From NCBI GenBank assembly GCA_043228905.1, contig JBHGNT010000016.1, positions 2,666,001 through 2,730,000 of the forward strand: DNA of 64,000 nt, read 5' to 3'. A model generated the notes under the pieces. The model ran no database searches and was not told the origin of the DNA. It saw only the letters and a list, made by a program, of their open reading frames with translations. The DNA is from Azolla caroliniana (taxonomy: Eukaryota > Plantae > Polypodiophyta). The position numbers and the translations under genes were made by a program. Numbering within the stretch: the first letter of the stretch is position 1; each line of letters starts with the position of its first letter. Shown piece after piece: positions 24,901 through 37,886 of the stretch.

Positions 24901-25846
24901 CTAGGAGACTTAATTTCTTTCTCCTTTTAAAAGCATGGTGAATTCCATAATATCTAGTTAACCTCTGAACATTTGCAACAAATACTTCCCACGCTTCATA
25001 CCCATCAAATTGAAAGCGATAGGCAAATGCATCAATCAATTGACACATATAGGCATGGAAGACCTCATGATCCAAAAATGATGAATTAAAAATCAACGGT
25101 GGTTTTCCTAAAAACTCATGAAAACCTCTAATTGAGTGGTGATTGAACTCAAAAATTAATGGGAAATGATCTGATATAATTGACCCATAAGACACTGAAA
25201 TATCCAAAATCTCTGGTAAAAAACCTTCGGTATGCATTACATACATTCAATCCAACCTACTCCAAGTATCCTTATATTGAGCCGATTGAAAGGTATAACC
25301 AGGCTCATCTCCCTTGATCCATTTCCATACATCCCTTAACATGACTTCAGTCTCAAAATCTCCCCATTCTTGAGCCTCTGGTCCATCCATAATAGAGTGG
25401 ATAGATGTTGATTGATCTATCTCACAACAAACATTAAAATCTCCCATCAATAAACCCAGTCTACCATTATGAAGCACTGAGTTTAGAGATCTCCATAACA
25501 ACTTTCGTTCTTGTGAAACATTTGATGCATACACACCAACTAACCAAATAGCTTGCCCTTCATAACATATCTCTACCACAATAAATCTTCCAAATTCATC
25601 TGAAACAATTACTTTTGGGTGAAATTTATCTCTTATAAACATGACAATCCCAGAATAATCCCCATGAACCTTGCTAGCATAACATAATGTATAACCCTTA
25701 GAATAACTAATTAAACCAACATTCCGATGATCTTTATGCTCTACTGCACATAAAACATCCCATTGCTCACTTAACACAATCCTCCAAACCTCATGCATTC
25801 TAAATCTAGAACACAATCCCCTCACATTCCATGTGGTGATCTTCAT
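21996..25846 (-). pseudogene. LINE ORF2 (endonuclease-RT-zinc finger) with ~3 lesions
   Basis: Fragments 25247-25846, 24353-25246, 24068-24349 and 21996-24068. Confidence 0.9.
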
Positions 25847-27252
25847 ACTTTATTTTTTCCTTTTATTCGAGAAATCTCCTTCTCCTTCACTGCTAATGTT
25901 TCTGCCATATCCTGAAATAAATCCCCTAAGATTGCATATGAATTACTATGGGAATGCAAAACTCCAGACCCCGATGGCTCCTCATGTGAACGAGGCACCG
26001 ATTTCCGTTTATTCCAAGGAACATACAAATTACCTTTATTATCAAAAGATAATTTCTTTGGATAGTCCTCTTGACGAGCCCATGGTTTATTCCGCATGGG
26101 ATGTGTCGGTGTGACCTTCTCCATAGATACATTATGCCCAACATTTTTATGAGACTTCTTCATCTTTCCAGAAACTATTGACCATTGTCCTTCATCCTCT
26201 AGAGTCTTTCCATCCTTCTCATTCACAATTTGTGGTTCCTTTGTTTGCTCTGAAATTGTCAAATCTTGAATCTGATCATGAGTTGTAGGCTCTTCATGTA
26301 CCACTTCCACTACATTATTTCTTTTTTGAGGACATTCAGCCATAAAATGCCCCAACACACCACAATGGAAACAATGTCCTGCAAATGTACCCCATTTAAG
26401 CCGAAAATACATAGGTGGCATACCAGAACATGCAATCTGTAAACAACTTGGCCTCTTTATAGCAGTATTCCAAAGAATACACATCCGATATCGATTTTGA
26501 GCATTAGCACTAGGAGGCACCAAGATCTTTCCCAACTTTTCCATCGTTGACCGTAATATTGGCCAAACCACTGAATATGTGCACTCTACCTCAACCCATA
26601 CGGGACACTCTTGCTTTAATATATCTTGATATTCCACTAATGGTCTCCACGGAACAATATGAACCAAACTTTTCTCATAAAAAACTGGCAATTTATTGAG
26701 TAATTTCTCTTTATACTCTTGTGATACCAAAACAACCTCATAAAATCCACGAGGACCAGCATAAACATCCTGAACACAATCTGCTTGTAAAATCCCACGT
26801 AACCATTGTTTGACCCTCCAAAGGAAAGGTATCTTTCCCGTGAAAAACAATATGACCCCTTTATCACAAAAATTAGCAAATGAGCCCAAAAACTCCTTAT
26901 TGTCTATTTCTACCTTAGCCACTTCATCGTCAACAAACTCCACAGCAACTTTCACATTCTCCCTTATACAATCTTCCATTAATATATTTGCCATGCATCT
27001 TAAATGTTCCCAATGACTATCATCTTTCTCAATATCATCTTGTCGCATTGCATCAGCATAAGACATGTCATTACTATCTCCAATACATCGCTTTCTTTTA
27101 CCATCCCCACTTGGGCTTGATATTGACTCAACCATGCACGCATCCTTTGAAGAATTTGGAGACTCATCCATATTCATGAAAACACTACCATCCATATGAC
27201 AAGAAATAGGAGAGAGTTCACTTACAAGTAATTGTGTTGGAGAAGGAATCAA
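25843..27252 (-). CDS. LINE ORF1 protein (RRM-like region + CCHC knuckle)
   Basis: 469-aa open frame with CFHCGVLGHFMAEC; its stop overlaps the ORF2 start (ATGA). True start uncertain. Confidence 0.8.
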   Translation of the reverse strand: MIPSPTQLLVSELSPISCHMDGSVFMNMDESPNSSKDACMVESISSPSGDGKRKRCIGDSNDMSYADAMRQDDIEKDDSHWEHLRCMANILMEDCIRENVKVAVEFVDDEVAKVEIDNKEFLGSFANFCDKGVILFFTGKIPFLWRVKQWLRGILQADCVQDVYAGPRGFYEVVLVSQEYKEKLLNKLPVFYEKSLVHIVPWRPLVEYQDILKQECPVWVEVECTYSVVWPILRSTMEKLGKILVPPSANAQNRYRMCILWNTAIKRPSCLQIACSGMPPMYFRLKWGTFAGHCFHCGVLGHFMAECPQKRNNVVEVVHEEPTTHDQIQDLTISEQTKEPQIVNEKDGKTLEDEGQWSIVSGKMKKSHKNVGHNVSMEKVTPTHPMRNKPWARQEDYPKKLSFDNKGNLYVPWNKRKSVPRSHEEPSGSGVLHSHSNSYAILGDLFQDMAETLAVKEKEISRIKGKNKV

Positions 27253-27459
27253 AGCAAGCGATCATGAGATGCATGTAGTCGAATGGAATTTTTACTTGTA
27301 ATGTTCTACCAAAACCTCCAAATGATACGTGCAGATACTCTTTAGAAAGCTCTATGTGCAGGCTTCGAAATGAGCTAAAGAACAAAGCAAACAGACACCG
27401 TAGCAAGAAGATACATCAAAATTAGTTTTTGCCCTTCTCCAACATCTCCGAACTTTGCG

Positions 27460-27462
<3 letters not shown>

Positions 27463-27513
<51 letters not shown>
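27463..27513. repeat. (TC)n microsatellite at the LINE 5' end
   Basis: Direct reading. Confidence 0.95.
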
Positions 27514-27515
<2 letters not shown>

Positions 27516-27561
27516 AAGCCACTCTATAGAAACCTGCAACAAACTTAGGGTCACAATACTA

Positions 27562-30500
27562 TGATAGTAAGAAAAGGCCAAATCTGTAATTTCTTACTAT
27601 TTACGCATAGGTATATAAACTAATAGAAATGAGGGTTTCGTTTGCCCCCAAAAAGTTTTGTCTTTGTCTTTTTTGTTTTTTTCCTGTGTGCTGTTTTTCT
27701 CTGTGTGTGTGTGTTCGACATTTTCTGTGCAGGCCAGAAAACAGCAGCTCGTCCGCCTCCATTACTCCAGATTCAACAGTGGTATCAGAGCGTGGACTTT
27801 GTGAGACTGTGTGTAGCAACAAGCATCTACATTTCTGCGTTTTCCCCCTCTGCGCATGCTATTTTTCAGGACCTCGACAGAGGTAATATCTACTACACGT
27901 TTCCATCTTGAATAGTTTTTTTTGTGTGCCTATTTTTTGGGGAAAAATAGACCTTGGTGGAAGGTAGAAACAGAGAAGACTTGTTGTTTCTAGTATACAG
28001 AAGTGAGGATTTACACGCAAAAGAACCTGTGTTTGGTTTCTTTTTTTTTTCCTTTCGATGCTTGCTCACTTGATGTGAGTTTGTGACGTTGAAGTTACGT
28101 CTTGGTTACAGACATTTTACCTTGGCTGATATAAGAAAGAGGTGTTGTCCTCAATCGAACACATATACCTACCCTAGAACACGGCTTGAGACTAGGTAGG
28201 GAGTAGTGTCTCAACTATTGTTAGTTGTTTATATTTGGGATTGACCAAGTTTACCTAGCTTACAAATGGCTGCCTCTGAAATGTCCGAGGTTTCAAGTAC
28301 CTCACGCGGTGGTTCGTTCAATTCCCATAGAAATCACCCTATGAGTGGAAAAGACCACCTTGAGATCCGTAAATTTGACGGATCCAACTTTGCCTTGTGG
28401 AAGAATCAGATGAGAGATGTCCTGATTCAAAGAAGGCAATAAAGACCATTAAGTGGTGAAGCCAAGAGACCTGAGGGCATGACCAAAGATGATTGGGAAG
28501 AGCTCGATCTCTTGGCAATGTCTACTATAAGACTACACCTAGCCGACAATGTGTATTTCACGGTCCTAGATTGTGACTCGGCTGAAATACTATGGACCAA
28601 ATTATGCAACACATATGAAAAAGAGACCGCATCAAACAAAGTTTATCTAATGAGAAAACTTTATGATCTTCGAATGAAGGACAATGACAGTGTCGCCTCT
28701 CATTTGAACGACTTTGATGCATTGTGGTCACAACTACTAGCTCAGAAAATGATTTTGGATGATGAGCTGAAATGTGTATTTCTGTTATGCACTTTGCCTA
28801 CATCATGGGACACCTTTTGCACTGCCATTAGTGCTAGTGCACCAAACGGGAAACTAGTCTATAATGATATATGTGGAGCACTTTTAGGTGAAGAAATTCG
28901 TAGAAAATCTGTGATTGCATCACATAATGGAGATGCATATAATGTTTCTGATGTTGGTACTCGCAAGAACCAACATCGTGGTAGGAGCCAAACAAGAAAT
29001 AGTGGTGGAAATGATAGAGGTAGAAGCAAATCTAGGAAGAAAAATATGGAGTGCCATTACTGTCATAAAAAGGGTCACCTTAAGAAAGATTGTTATGCCC
29101 TTAAAAATAAGGAGAAAGATAATGCTAGAGGGCATGGTAGACAATCTAGTGGTCCCTCTTCCTCGTTGGAAACGGAGGAAGTAAATGCAACATGTGGTGA
29201 GACGGACATCTTGGTCCTAGATGATGTTAGCACACATGCTGGGGTGAACACGGTTTTTTCTCCATCATATACGTGGTTGTTGGACTCCGGTGCATCATTT
29301 CATGTGACTCCAGATAGAGAGTGGTTCACATGTTATGAAGCCAAGTCGCTTGGGAAAGTTCGACTTGGAGACTCACATCAATGCGATGTGATTGGCATTG
29401 GAGATATCTCAATGCATTTTAGTGATGGTGCTCATTTGACCATTAAAGATGTACGCCATGTTCCCCAACTAACTCGTAGTTTGATCTCCGTTGGTCAGCT
29501 TGATGACAATGGATATAAGGTGATGTTTGCTTCTCAATCCTTTCGTATAACGAAAGGAAATATGATTGTTGCAAAAGGGAACAAAGTTGGTTCCCTCTAC
29601 CCTCTATTTGTTCATCAAAAGGAACACTTGTTGGCTGTCACAGACCAGCCAATGACGAGCATTTGGCATGGTCGTTTGGGCCACATGTCAAGAAATGGCA
29701 TGGAAATCCTATCTCGTTATGGCCACTTACCTAAGTTGTCATTCTCTGATTTTGCCTTGTGTGAGCATTGTCAACATGGTAAGCAAACTAGAAGTGCACA
29801 TAAGACTAGTGTAAACTCATCCACTAAACCATTGGATCTTGTCCACACGGATGTTTGTGGACCTATGCCCACAAGATCTTTGGGTGGTGCCCTATATTTT
29901 GTTACTTTCATTGATGATGCCACTAGGAAAGTTTGGGCTTATCCAATTAAGGGAAAGGATGATGTATACCCCACTTTCAGAAAATGGCTTAGTTCGGTTG
30001 AGCTAGAAAAGGACATAAAGCTTAAGGCTTTACGTTCGGACAATGGAGGTGAGTATACCTCTCACGAATTTGTTGACTTTTGTAAGTCTAGAGGTATTCG
30101 GAGAGAGTTTACAGCTCCTTACACCCCTGTCCAAAATGGTGTGGCTGAGAGGATGAATAGAACCATCCAGGACAGAGTTGTCTCCATGCTACACCATGCA
30201 AACCTCTCGCAATGCTTTTGGGCAGAAGCTGTTTTAACAGCAGTCCATGTGATTAACCTATCACCAAACACAGCCATAGGTCTAAGAGTGGCACAAGAGG
30301 TGTGGACTGGCAAGACACCTCATTATGCTCATCTTAGAGTTTTTGGATGCGAAGCGTATGTACACATTCCAAAAACTTTAAGAAAGAAATTAGACTATAA
30401 ATGCAGAAAATGTATATTTCTTGGTTACGGAATTGATGGATAGTTTGGATATCGCTTATGGGACCCTGACACACGTACTGTGGTCAGAAGTAGTGATGTT

Positions 30501-32757
30501 GTTTTTGACGAGAACAAAATGCATAAACAGTCCGTAAAGGAGGTAGAAGTGAGAAAGGTTGCATTTAAAGATAGTACGCCTTTTGTTGATGAAAAACAGA
30601 AAAATCTTATTGATGTAGATGCTTCGCAGTCACAAAAAACTGTTATTGACCAGGATGAAGATGCCCAAAATTATAATGCTCAGCACAATGATGTGCAAAA
30701 TGATGCTTTTCAGCAAGAATATGCTCATAATGATGATGCTCAGAATGAGGTTTCTCATGCACAACCTGATGGCACTCAGGTTCAGGATTCATTGAGGAGA
30801 TCTATGCGTGTGCCCAAGGCACCTAGTAAGTTTGCTGATTATGTAATGCTAACAGATGCCGGTGAGCCTTCATGTTACAATGAAGCCATATCTGTAAATG
30901 ACCATGTGAAATGGAAACAGGCCATGCAAAGTGAATTGGACAGCATTTATAAAAATGGTACTTGGGATTTAGTACCTTTGCCAAAGGACAGGAAAGCATT
31001 GCCATGCAAATGGGTATACAAGTATAAGTATACATCTGATAGTGCTTCTCCAAAGTATAAAGCACGCTTGGTTGCAAAAGGTTTCAAGCAAGAATATGGA
31101 ATTGACTTTGATGAAACCTTTTCTCCTGTAGTTAAGATGACTACATTACGTATGTTGCTTTCATTGGCTGCAAATCAGAATTTGGAACTTGTCCAAATGG
31201 ATGTGAAGACTACTTTCTTGCATGGGGACCTTGATGAGGACATTTACATGGAACAACCAGAAGGTTATGAAGTATTGGGAAAAGAACATTTGGTATGTAA
31301 ACTCAAGAAGAGTTTGTATGGGCTTAAGCAGTCCCCGAGGTTATGGTATCAGAAATTTGATGCCTTTATGAAGACTCAAGGATGTACTAGAAGCAATGAA
31401 GATGCATGTCTTTATACGAAAAACTGTTAAGATGGGAGTTTTATCACATTGATATTATATGTTGATGACATGCTTATTGCTGGTAAAAACAAGGATGAGT
31501 TATCCTCGTTAAAGAAAAACTTGAGCCAGAATTTTGACATGAAGGATTTGGGAGATGCAAAACATATTCTTGGTATGCGTATCACTCGTGATAGGAGTAA
31601 GCGATGTATTTACTTGTCTCAGGCTGAGTACATATCGAAAGTGCTCATGAGGTTTAATATGGAGAATGCGAAGCCGTTAAGCACTCCACTACCTTCATAT
31701 GTAAATCTGAGCACACGTGATTGCCCCACATCCGATGAGGACAAGAAATTCATGTCCAAGGTTCCTTATCAATCCGCTGTTAGGAGTCTTATGTACGCTA
31801 TGATAGCGACCAGACCAGACATTGCTTTCGCAGTGGGAGCTGTGAGCAGATTTATGTCCAATCCTGGTAATAAACATTGGGAGGCAGTTAAACTGATTTT
31901 AAGATATATGTGTGGCACTAAGAATAGGTGTCTATGTTTAGGTGGTGGAACTGTATCCATCATCGGATACACAGATTCTGATTATGCTGGCTGCTCTGAC
32001 AGCAGAAAATCCACTTCAGGATATATTTTTCAGTTTATGGGAGGTGCGATATCTTGGAGATCTCGTCTCCAAAAATGTACTGCTCTGTCCACTACAGAAG
32101 TAGAGTATGTCGCAGCTAGCGAAGCTTGTAAGGAAGCCGTATGGCTGTCCAGATTAGCTTGTGACATGGGCATATCTAAGCTTGTACCCATATTGTTTTG
32201 TGATAGTCAGAGTGCCATTGCATTGGCTAAAAACCCAGTATACCATGCGAAGACCAAGCACATTGGAGTGAGATATCACTTCATTCGAGAATGCATAACT
32301 GCTGGCTATATTAGTCTTGAGAAAGTTGTCTCTCAAGACAATGCCGCAGATGCGTTGACCAAGGCTCTATCGCACGAAGCACTAGAGCATTGCTGCCACT
32401 TGATGGGGATAACTTAGGTCATGAGGTTACACATTGTTTCTTGTACATTGTGTAACATACTCATCAAGTAGGATGTGTAGGTCTTGTTCAATCTCCCCAT
32501 CAGCTTTGTTGATCCCTAGTTTGGCCTTTTAGTGGAAGATTGATAGTAAGAAAAGGCCAAATCTGTAATTTCTTACTATTTACGCATAGGTATATAAACT
32601 AATAGAAATGAGGGTTTCATTTGCCCCCAAAAAGTTTTGTCTTTCTCTTTTCTGTTTTTTTCCTGTGTGCTGTTTTTCTCTGTGTGTGTGTGTTCGACAT
32701 TTTCTGTGCAGGCCAGAAAACAGTAGCTCGTCCGCCTCCATTACTCCAGATTCAACA
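27562..32757 (+). mobile_element. Ty1/Copia element 3, full length, TSD TACTA
   Basis: 217-bp LTRs at 27562-27778 and 32541-32757 (about 4 differences); PBS TGGTATCAGAGC (tRNA-iMet) at 27780; purine tract before the 3' LTR; TSD on both sides. Confidence 0.97.
28266..32417 (+). pseudogene. Copia-3 gag-pol, single frame with three premature stops
   Basis: KFDGSNFALWK, CHYCHKKGH, LDSGAS, integrase, YVDD and RNase H motifs; stops near 28439, 30441 and 31428. Confidence 0.92.
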
Positions 32758-33541
32758 TACTAAGAATGGTTACAAACCATAGGTGTGAATATCTTCAATG
32801 GTGAAGAAGATCCATTGTGGAAAAACTAGTGATGAGGTTGTTGCAAGGATTGGAATGAGTCATACATATCACATGATGAAACAAATGTCTTAATAAAGTG
32901 AAGAAGGCTTAGCAACAAATACACTCAACCCACGAATTAAAGAGACTTGGTCACTCCAAAATGTTGACATTGCTCCTAACAATCAACCTAAATTTACACC
33001 CAATGACTTGATTGTTTTTAGGAAGCATGACCATCCTCCTCAGAGTGACAACCTTGTTGGACGTTCTTATCCAAGGATTCATTTCGAGTAGCATGAATAG
33101 CTCTCCATGAGTTGGCCCACATTGCAATACATGACCAACCATAGGAAAATCAAGACGTCCTTAAGCACTGAAAGGTTGAAAGTGTCATTTATAACATACA
33201 AAAAACCAATTATGAAACCGGCAAATCCATTACAATACATGACTATTGATGTGTTATAAATAGAAAGAAAAATCTATCTTTGAAAAATCAAAACAATACA
33301 TATTGTAGTCATAGAATCAAGTTCATAATTTCTATTGGTAGTGATCATATGTGTTGGGTATGGAAATGATTGGAAGATTATGAATACACCACAAAGAGAA
33401 CATAGCCTGAGCCTTCATATAGTTGTGTAAACTTATGATATGATTGTACACACACTAAGAGAATTATGAAATGGAACTTATTCTAATCTTGTATGAATTA
33501 ACAATGCACACATTCTAATTAAAAATTTATATAATTTTATT

Positions 33542-33980
33542 CTATTGATGGAATACGACCTTATTGAGAAAAAAGAAGCATGGCTAGAATCCGAATAATA
33601 TCTATCAATCAAAAAGCCTAGAATTACTATTGATGGAATACGACCTTATTGAGAAAAAAGAAGCATGGCTAGAATCCGAATAATATCTATCAATCAAAAA
33701 GCCTAGAATTACTATTGATGGAATACGACCTTATTGAGAAAAAAGAAGCATGGCTAGAATCCGAATAATATCTATCAATCAAAAAGCCTAGAATTACTAT
33801 TGATGGAATACGACCTTATTGAGAAAAAAGAAGCATGGCTAGAATCCGAATAATATCTATCAATCAAAAAGCCTAGAATTACTATTGATGGAATACGACC
33901 TTATTGAGAAAAAAGAAGCATGGCTAGAATCCGAATAATATCTATCAATCAAAAAGCCTAGAATTACTATTGATGGAATA
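33542..33980. repeat. Tandem repeat, 85-bp unit x5 plus partial
   Basis: Units start at 33542, 33627, 33712, 33797 and 33882 and appear identical. Confidence 0.97.
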
Positions 33981-34265
33981 ACATGTGCATGAAAACGTTC
34001 CCCTCCCTATTATGTATCTCAAAGTATATATTCCCTAGGTTGCAGAATACCATAAAATGATATAAATGACACCATGGAACAATGATGCATTATCACCACG
34101 TATAAATGAAAACATGTGCATTATCACCATGGAATAACATGTGCATGAAAACGTTCCCCTCCCTATTATGTATCTCAAAGTATATATTCCCTAGGTTGCA
34201 GAATACCATAAAATGATATAAATGACACCATGGAACAACGATGCATTATCACCACGTATAAATGC
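33975..34265. repeat. Tandem duplication, ~156-bp unit
   Basis: GGAATAACATGTGCATGAAAACG... at 33975 and 34131. Confidence 0.9.
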
Positions 34266-35419
34266 ATATGTAAAACTTCTTATCTATGGACAAACATGAG
34301 TTCCCTATTTCTATCTCGTATGCATCTATATTTTTCACATTCTTTACTTATGTCGTAACTTGCATAATAGGTGGTTTGGAAACAACATTATTGGCATTGC
34401 ACACATCAACACAGAACTTTATTGTGTATACATTATTCCTTTTGTTTATATCATGCCTCAAGGTGTCTTTTTTCTCCTCGTTTAAGGCATATTCATGTTA
34501 AATTTCTTTATTGTTTGGAACCTCCACTTGAAGTTGCTTTATTGTTTGAGTTCAACTTCAAGTTTTGTGAGTAGATTGTAGTCTAGATTGCATCTCAAAC
34601 ACTTTTTTGAGATTCTTGTTCTCGACAACAAGAACCTTTAATTTCCCATCTCTGTTATGAGTGTGTGCAACTCTTGACCTTGCTTATTAATGATATCTTA
34701 TAATGAAATCAAGGTACCCATAATCATTGTCTCTATCGTTGGTGGAGGGAAACAGAGAGAGATCTCACCATGGATAGGGAATGGATGTGTTATGCATTGA
34801 CATGGGCATGTCCATGGATAGATAATGGATGGTTGGTGGTTCATCAACGAAAGGAAAAAGCTCATAAACTGTTTTGAAAACATGCCTTCATTGAGAAAAT
34901 GTGACTACATGCCAAATAAAGCTCACTTACCACTTGCTCGCTCCCAAAAATGGATACGTGCCCCCAAAAAAGAAACAAGGTTGATAAAAATGTGAAGCTA
35001 TCTATAGGTAATGGATGGTCATGGAAAGGAAAACTCGCCTTCATCAAGAAAACCTCGCTTGCCAGTTGCTCGATCGCGAAAATAGATACATGCCCCCCCA
35101 AAAAGTATGAAGGTTGGGAAAAATTGGAAGCTATCCATAACTTCCTTCTCATCCCACAAATAAAAAGAAATTTGAAACAACCAAACACACAAAGTCAAGG
35201 ATTCTAAACCCAAAAAGAAGGAAAGGAGTAACCACCAACATACAGTTGTTAAGATCGATATACCCATTGTTGCAACTATGTATGTGTCTGCTACAGAATA
35301 CTTGCATGTTGCACCAATACTAATGTCATCAAAACTCTTAAAAAATGCACATCAACAAGGATAAATGACAAGAGGAGATGTTCTCTTCCTATCTCTTGTG
35401 TTATTTCTTACAATGGCCC

Positions 35420-36991
35420 CTACTCATAGTAGCGGAAGGGACTAGAAATAGGTTTGCCCAAGAAGGATGGGTCATCTAGGAGATTTTTCATGACAGGAGA
35501 TGGAAGAGCGAGACATATCTCAATGTCTCCATCCGCGGTGCCCGGGCGTCCCCCGAAAAGAACCATCTCGCCATCACCGGGGACTTTGGGCGACCGAACG
35601 GCAGAGGGACAACCCCACCCGAAGTTGACTTTGTATGCAGGGAACCTTGGAGAGCTCGCAACATTAACTTGGATCGAGTAGATCCATGTGTGGGCTAATT
35701 CTACCATCCGGTTCCCGTGGAGCTCCAACCAGTGCATAACAGGGAGGAGTGAATCTTGGTTGCACCCGAGGATGCCCTCATGGATTCTCTCCGCGATCCT
35801 GGCAAGGTTATCGTGGCGGAGATTACCTGCCCATGTCTTCACGATGCCGAAGTGGATGACATTACCGAAGTAAGAGGAGGGGAGGGGTGGATTTAGTTTG
35901 CTCCGAAGGTTCGCCAATATGGTGAATGCGATCGTGGCTCCAGCACGCAACCGCCTCGCAGCGTTCACCCGTTGCCAGAAGTGGGCACCTACAACCTCAT
36001 ATGTGGTAAAGCTTCCTCCAGCCTCGGCTTTCAGCTCCTTGATGCATGATGCAGGCATATCAAACACACATTGCATCAACACACCTGCCTCTCCGGTGCT
36101 CGTGGCTGTCAGATTCTCCTCCTCCTCTTCCTCCTTCCTATCATATTTCACTTCTTCCTCACATTTCAACTGAATCTTTTCAAAAAATTCCCTTGCTTTC
36201 TCCTCGGACGGAGAGCCTTCGAGCGCTAGCCTCTCTCTCTCGTGAATGGGTGGCAGCGTGATGTCGACATGGCCCCTCGCGCACTCCCCCCAAGAGACCA
36301 TGAAATTCCACAATGACTGCCCATCGGCCACAACATGGCTCTGCGACAGGCCCAACGACATACCCCCATCCAAGAACCGGGTCACCTACTTGCCCAAATA
36401 AGACCAACACATCCCACCACATCCACATGTTTGCTTAGCATCATGATTACCATAGTAAAGAGATTGATGGAGGTCATTATGTTCTTCAGTATGATCTCAT
36501 AGAGTTAGGGTTTTAAGTACCTGGACCGCAAGTAGAGGGCTTGTATAGAGGTGATCCCCCCTGTGATCTACGACCGGGCAAAGACGCTCGTAGAGGGGCA
36601 TCATCGGGAAGCCTTCTCGGCTAATCTCGCCCATTGGGGTGTCGATCGAGGCCTCGATGAATTCGACCCCCGCATCGTTGCAATCGATGACAAGACGGTT
36701 ATTGGGATCTAGGGCTAAACGGCCCGCCCACGGGTAGTAATGAACTAGCACGGTAGAGAGGCTGGTCTTGAGGGTTTCGATGGCATCATCAAAGGCAGTA
36801 GTAGTAGTAGTAGTAGTAGTAAGGATGTTGTGGGAAGGGGTTGTGGTGGGATAGAAGATGAGCCTCTGATTGTAGTGGAGGTCCTGCCACCATATGTCGA
36901 GAGAGGAGAGAAAAAGGTGTCCTCTACTGGAAGGGGAGGCAGGGGAGATGCTGGATCTCTGTACCACAGAGACCAATCCTTTCTGTTCCAT
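35420..36991 (-). CDS. BAHD acyltransferase paralog 1; exons 36991-36521 and 36385-35420 (alternative ATG at 37030)
   Basis: HVVAD (HXXXD), NFGWG, YYPWAGRL; 135-bp GT-AG intron at the family-conserved Q|V position. Confidence 0.92.
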
Positions 36992-37199
36992 GGTTATGTG
37001 TCTTTCTCCCCTCCTTACGCTTCTTCCCATGTAATATATACATACACATGTATGTATGTAGACATATGTATATGTATGTATCTACGTGGTGTCTAACTAC
37101 TACCAAATATTAAAGAGGGCAAGTGAGGGAATCGTGTCGGTGCAGGTCGCTAGATGAGGGCGCGTGCGATTTGCACCGTCCAATGTGGCTGTGGAAAAG

Positions 37200-37400
37200 G
37201 CGCGAAAAAGCGCACCAATTAAGAGGGAGCCCGTCTCACAGAAAAAGGAGCCCGTCTCATTAAAGAAGGGCTCCACTTTGTGAAAGGGAGCCCTTGTGGA
37301 AAACGTGTGAAAAAGCGCACCAATTAAAGAGGGAGCCCGTCTCACAGAAAAAGGAGCCCGTCTCATTAAAGAAGGGCTCCACTTTGTGAAAGGGAGCCGC
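37200..37400 (+). repeat. MULE left subterminal GGGAGCCC array (includes a 116-bp tandem duplication)
   Basis: Direct reading. Confidence 0.85.
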
Positions 37401-37886
37401 GAGCACCTGCAGTCTAGAGGTAGGTATCATATTCCTTCTATTAGGTTTAGGGTTTTATTAGGTATCATATTCCTTCTATTAGGTTTAGGTTTTATTCCAT
37501 GTCATAAAAACCATCAACCTAATATGGATGATTGCTTTAACCTAATATGATTTTATTCCTTCTATTGTGTCTTCAAGCAATCAACCATGGTTTTGAGTAG
37601 ACATGGAATAAAAATAATACTTGTCTAAGTGTATTCAAGCAATCATCATCCATATTAGGTTCGAATGTCATTATTTGAATGCTTGAATTTGCCCATGTGA
37701 TTCATGCATTATTGGGCTTTTTTATGCCCACATTTAAACGTCAAATCTCAAATCTTGTATACATTTTTTACGATGGCTTGACCCCAAATAATAATAATGT
37801 AATGAATGCCTTACTAAAAAAAGTTGTGTGCTATGTAAGTCTACGTAAGTATGTTTTAAGTTGGAAGTAAAACGTTGTGTCCATTA

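Larger units (their letters stand above)
21884..27462 (-). mobile_element. Near full-length L1-type LINE flanked by (GA)n tracts
   Basis: ORF1 with CCHC knuckle; ORF2 with APE endonuclease (TWNVRGL, GDFN, SRLD, SDHFP), RT (LDIEKAYD, RQGCP, LADD) and C-terminal Cys/His motif; short 3' UTR ending AAAA(GA)n. Confidence 0.92.

Noticed and set aside
33542-33980. CRISPR array
   Set aside because: Head-to-tail identical units with no unique spacers.
36497-36520. BAHD exon-1 ORFs as truncated genes (also 55674-55697)
   Set aside because: The stops fall inside canonical GT-AG introns; spliced frames are intact.
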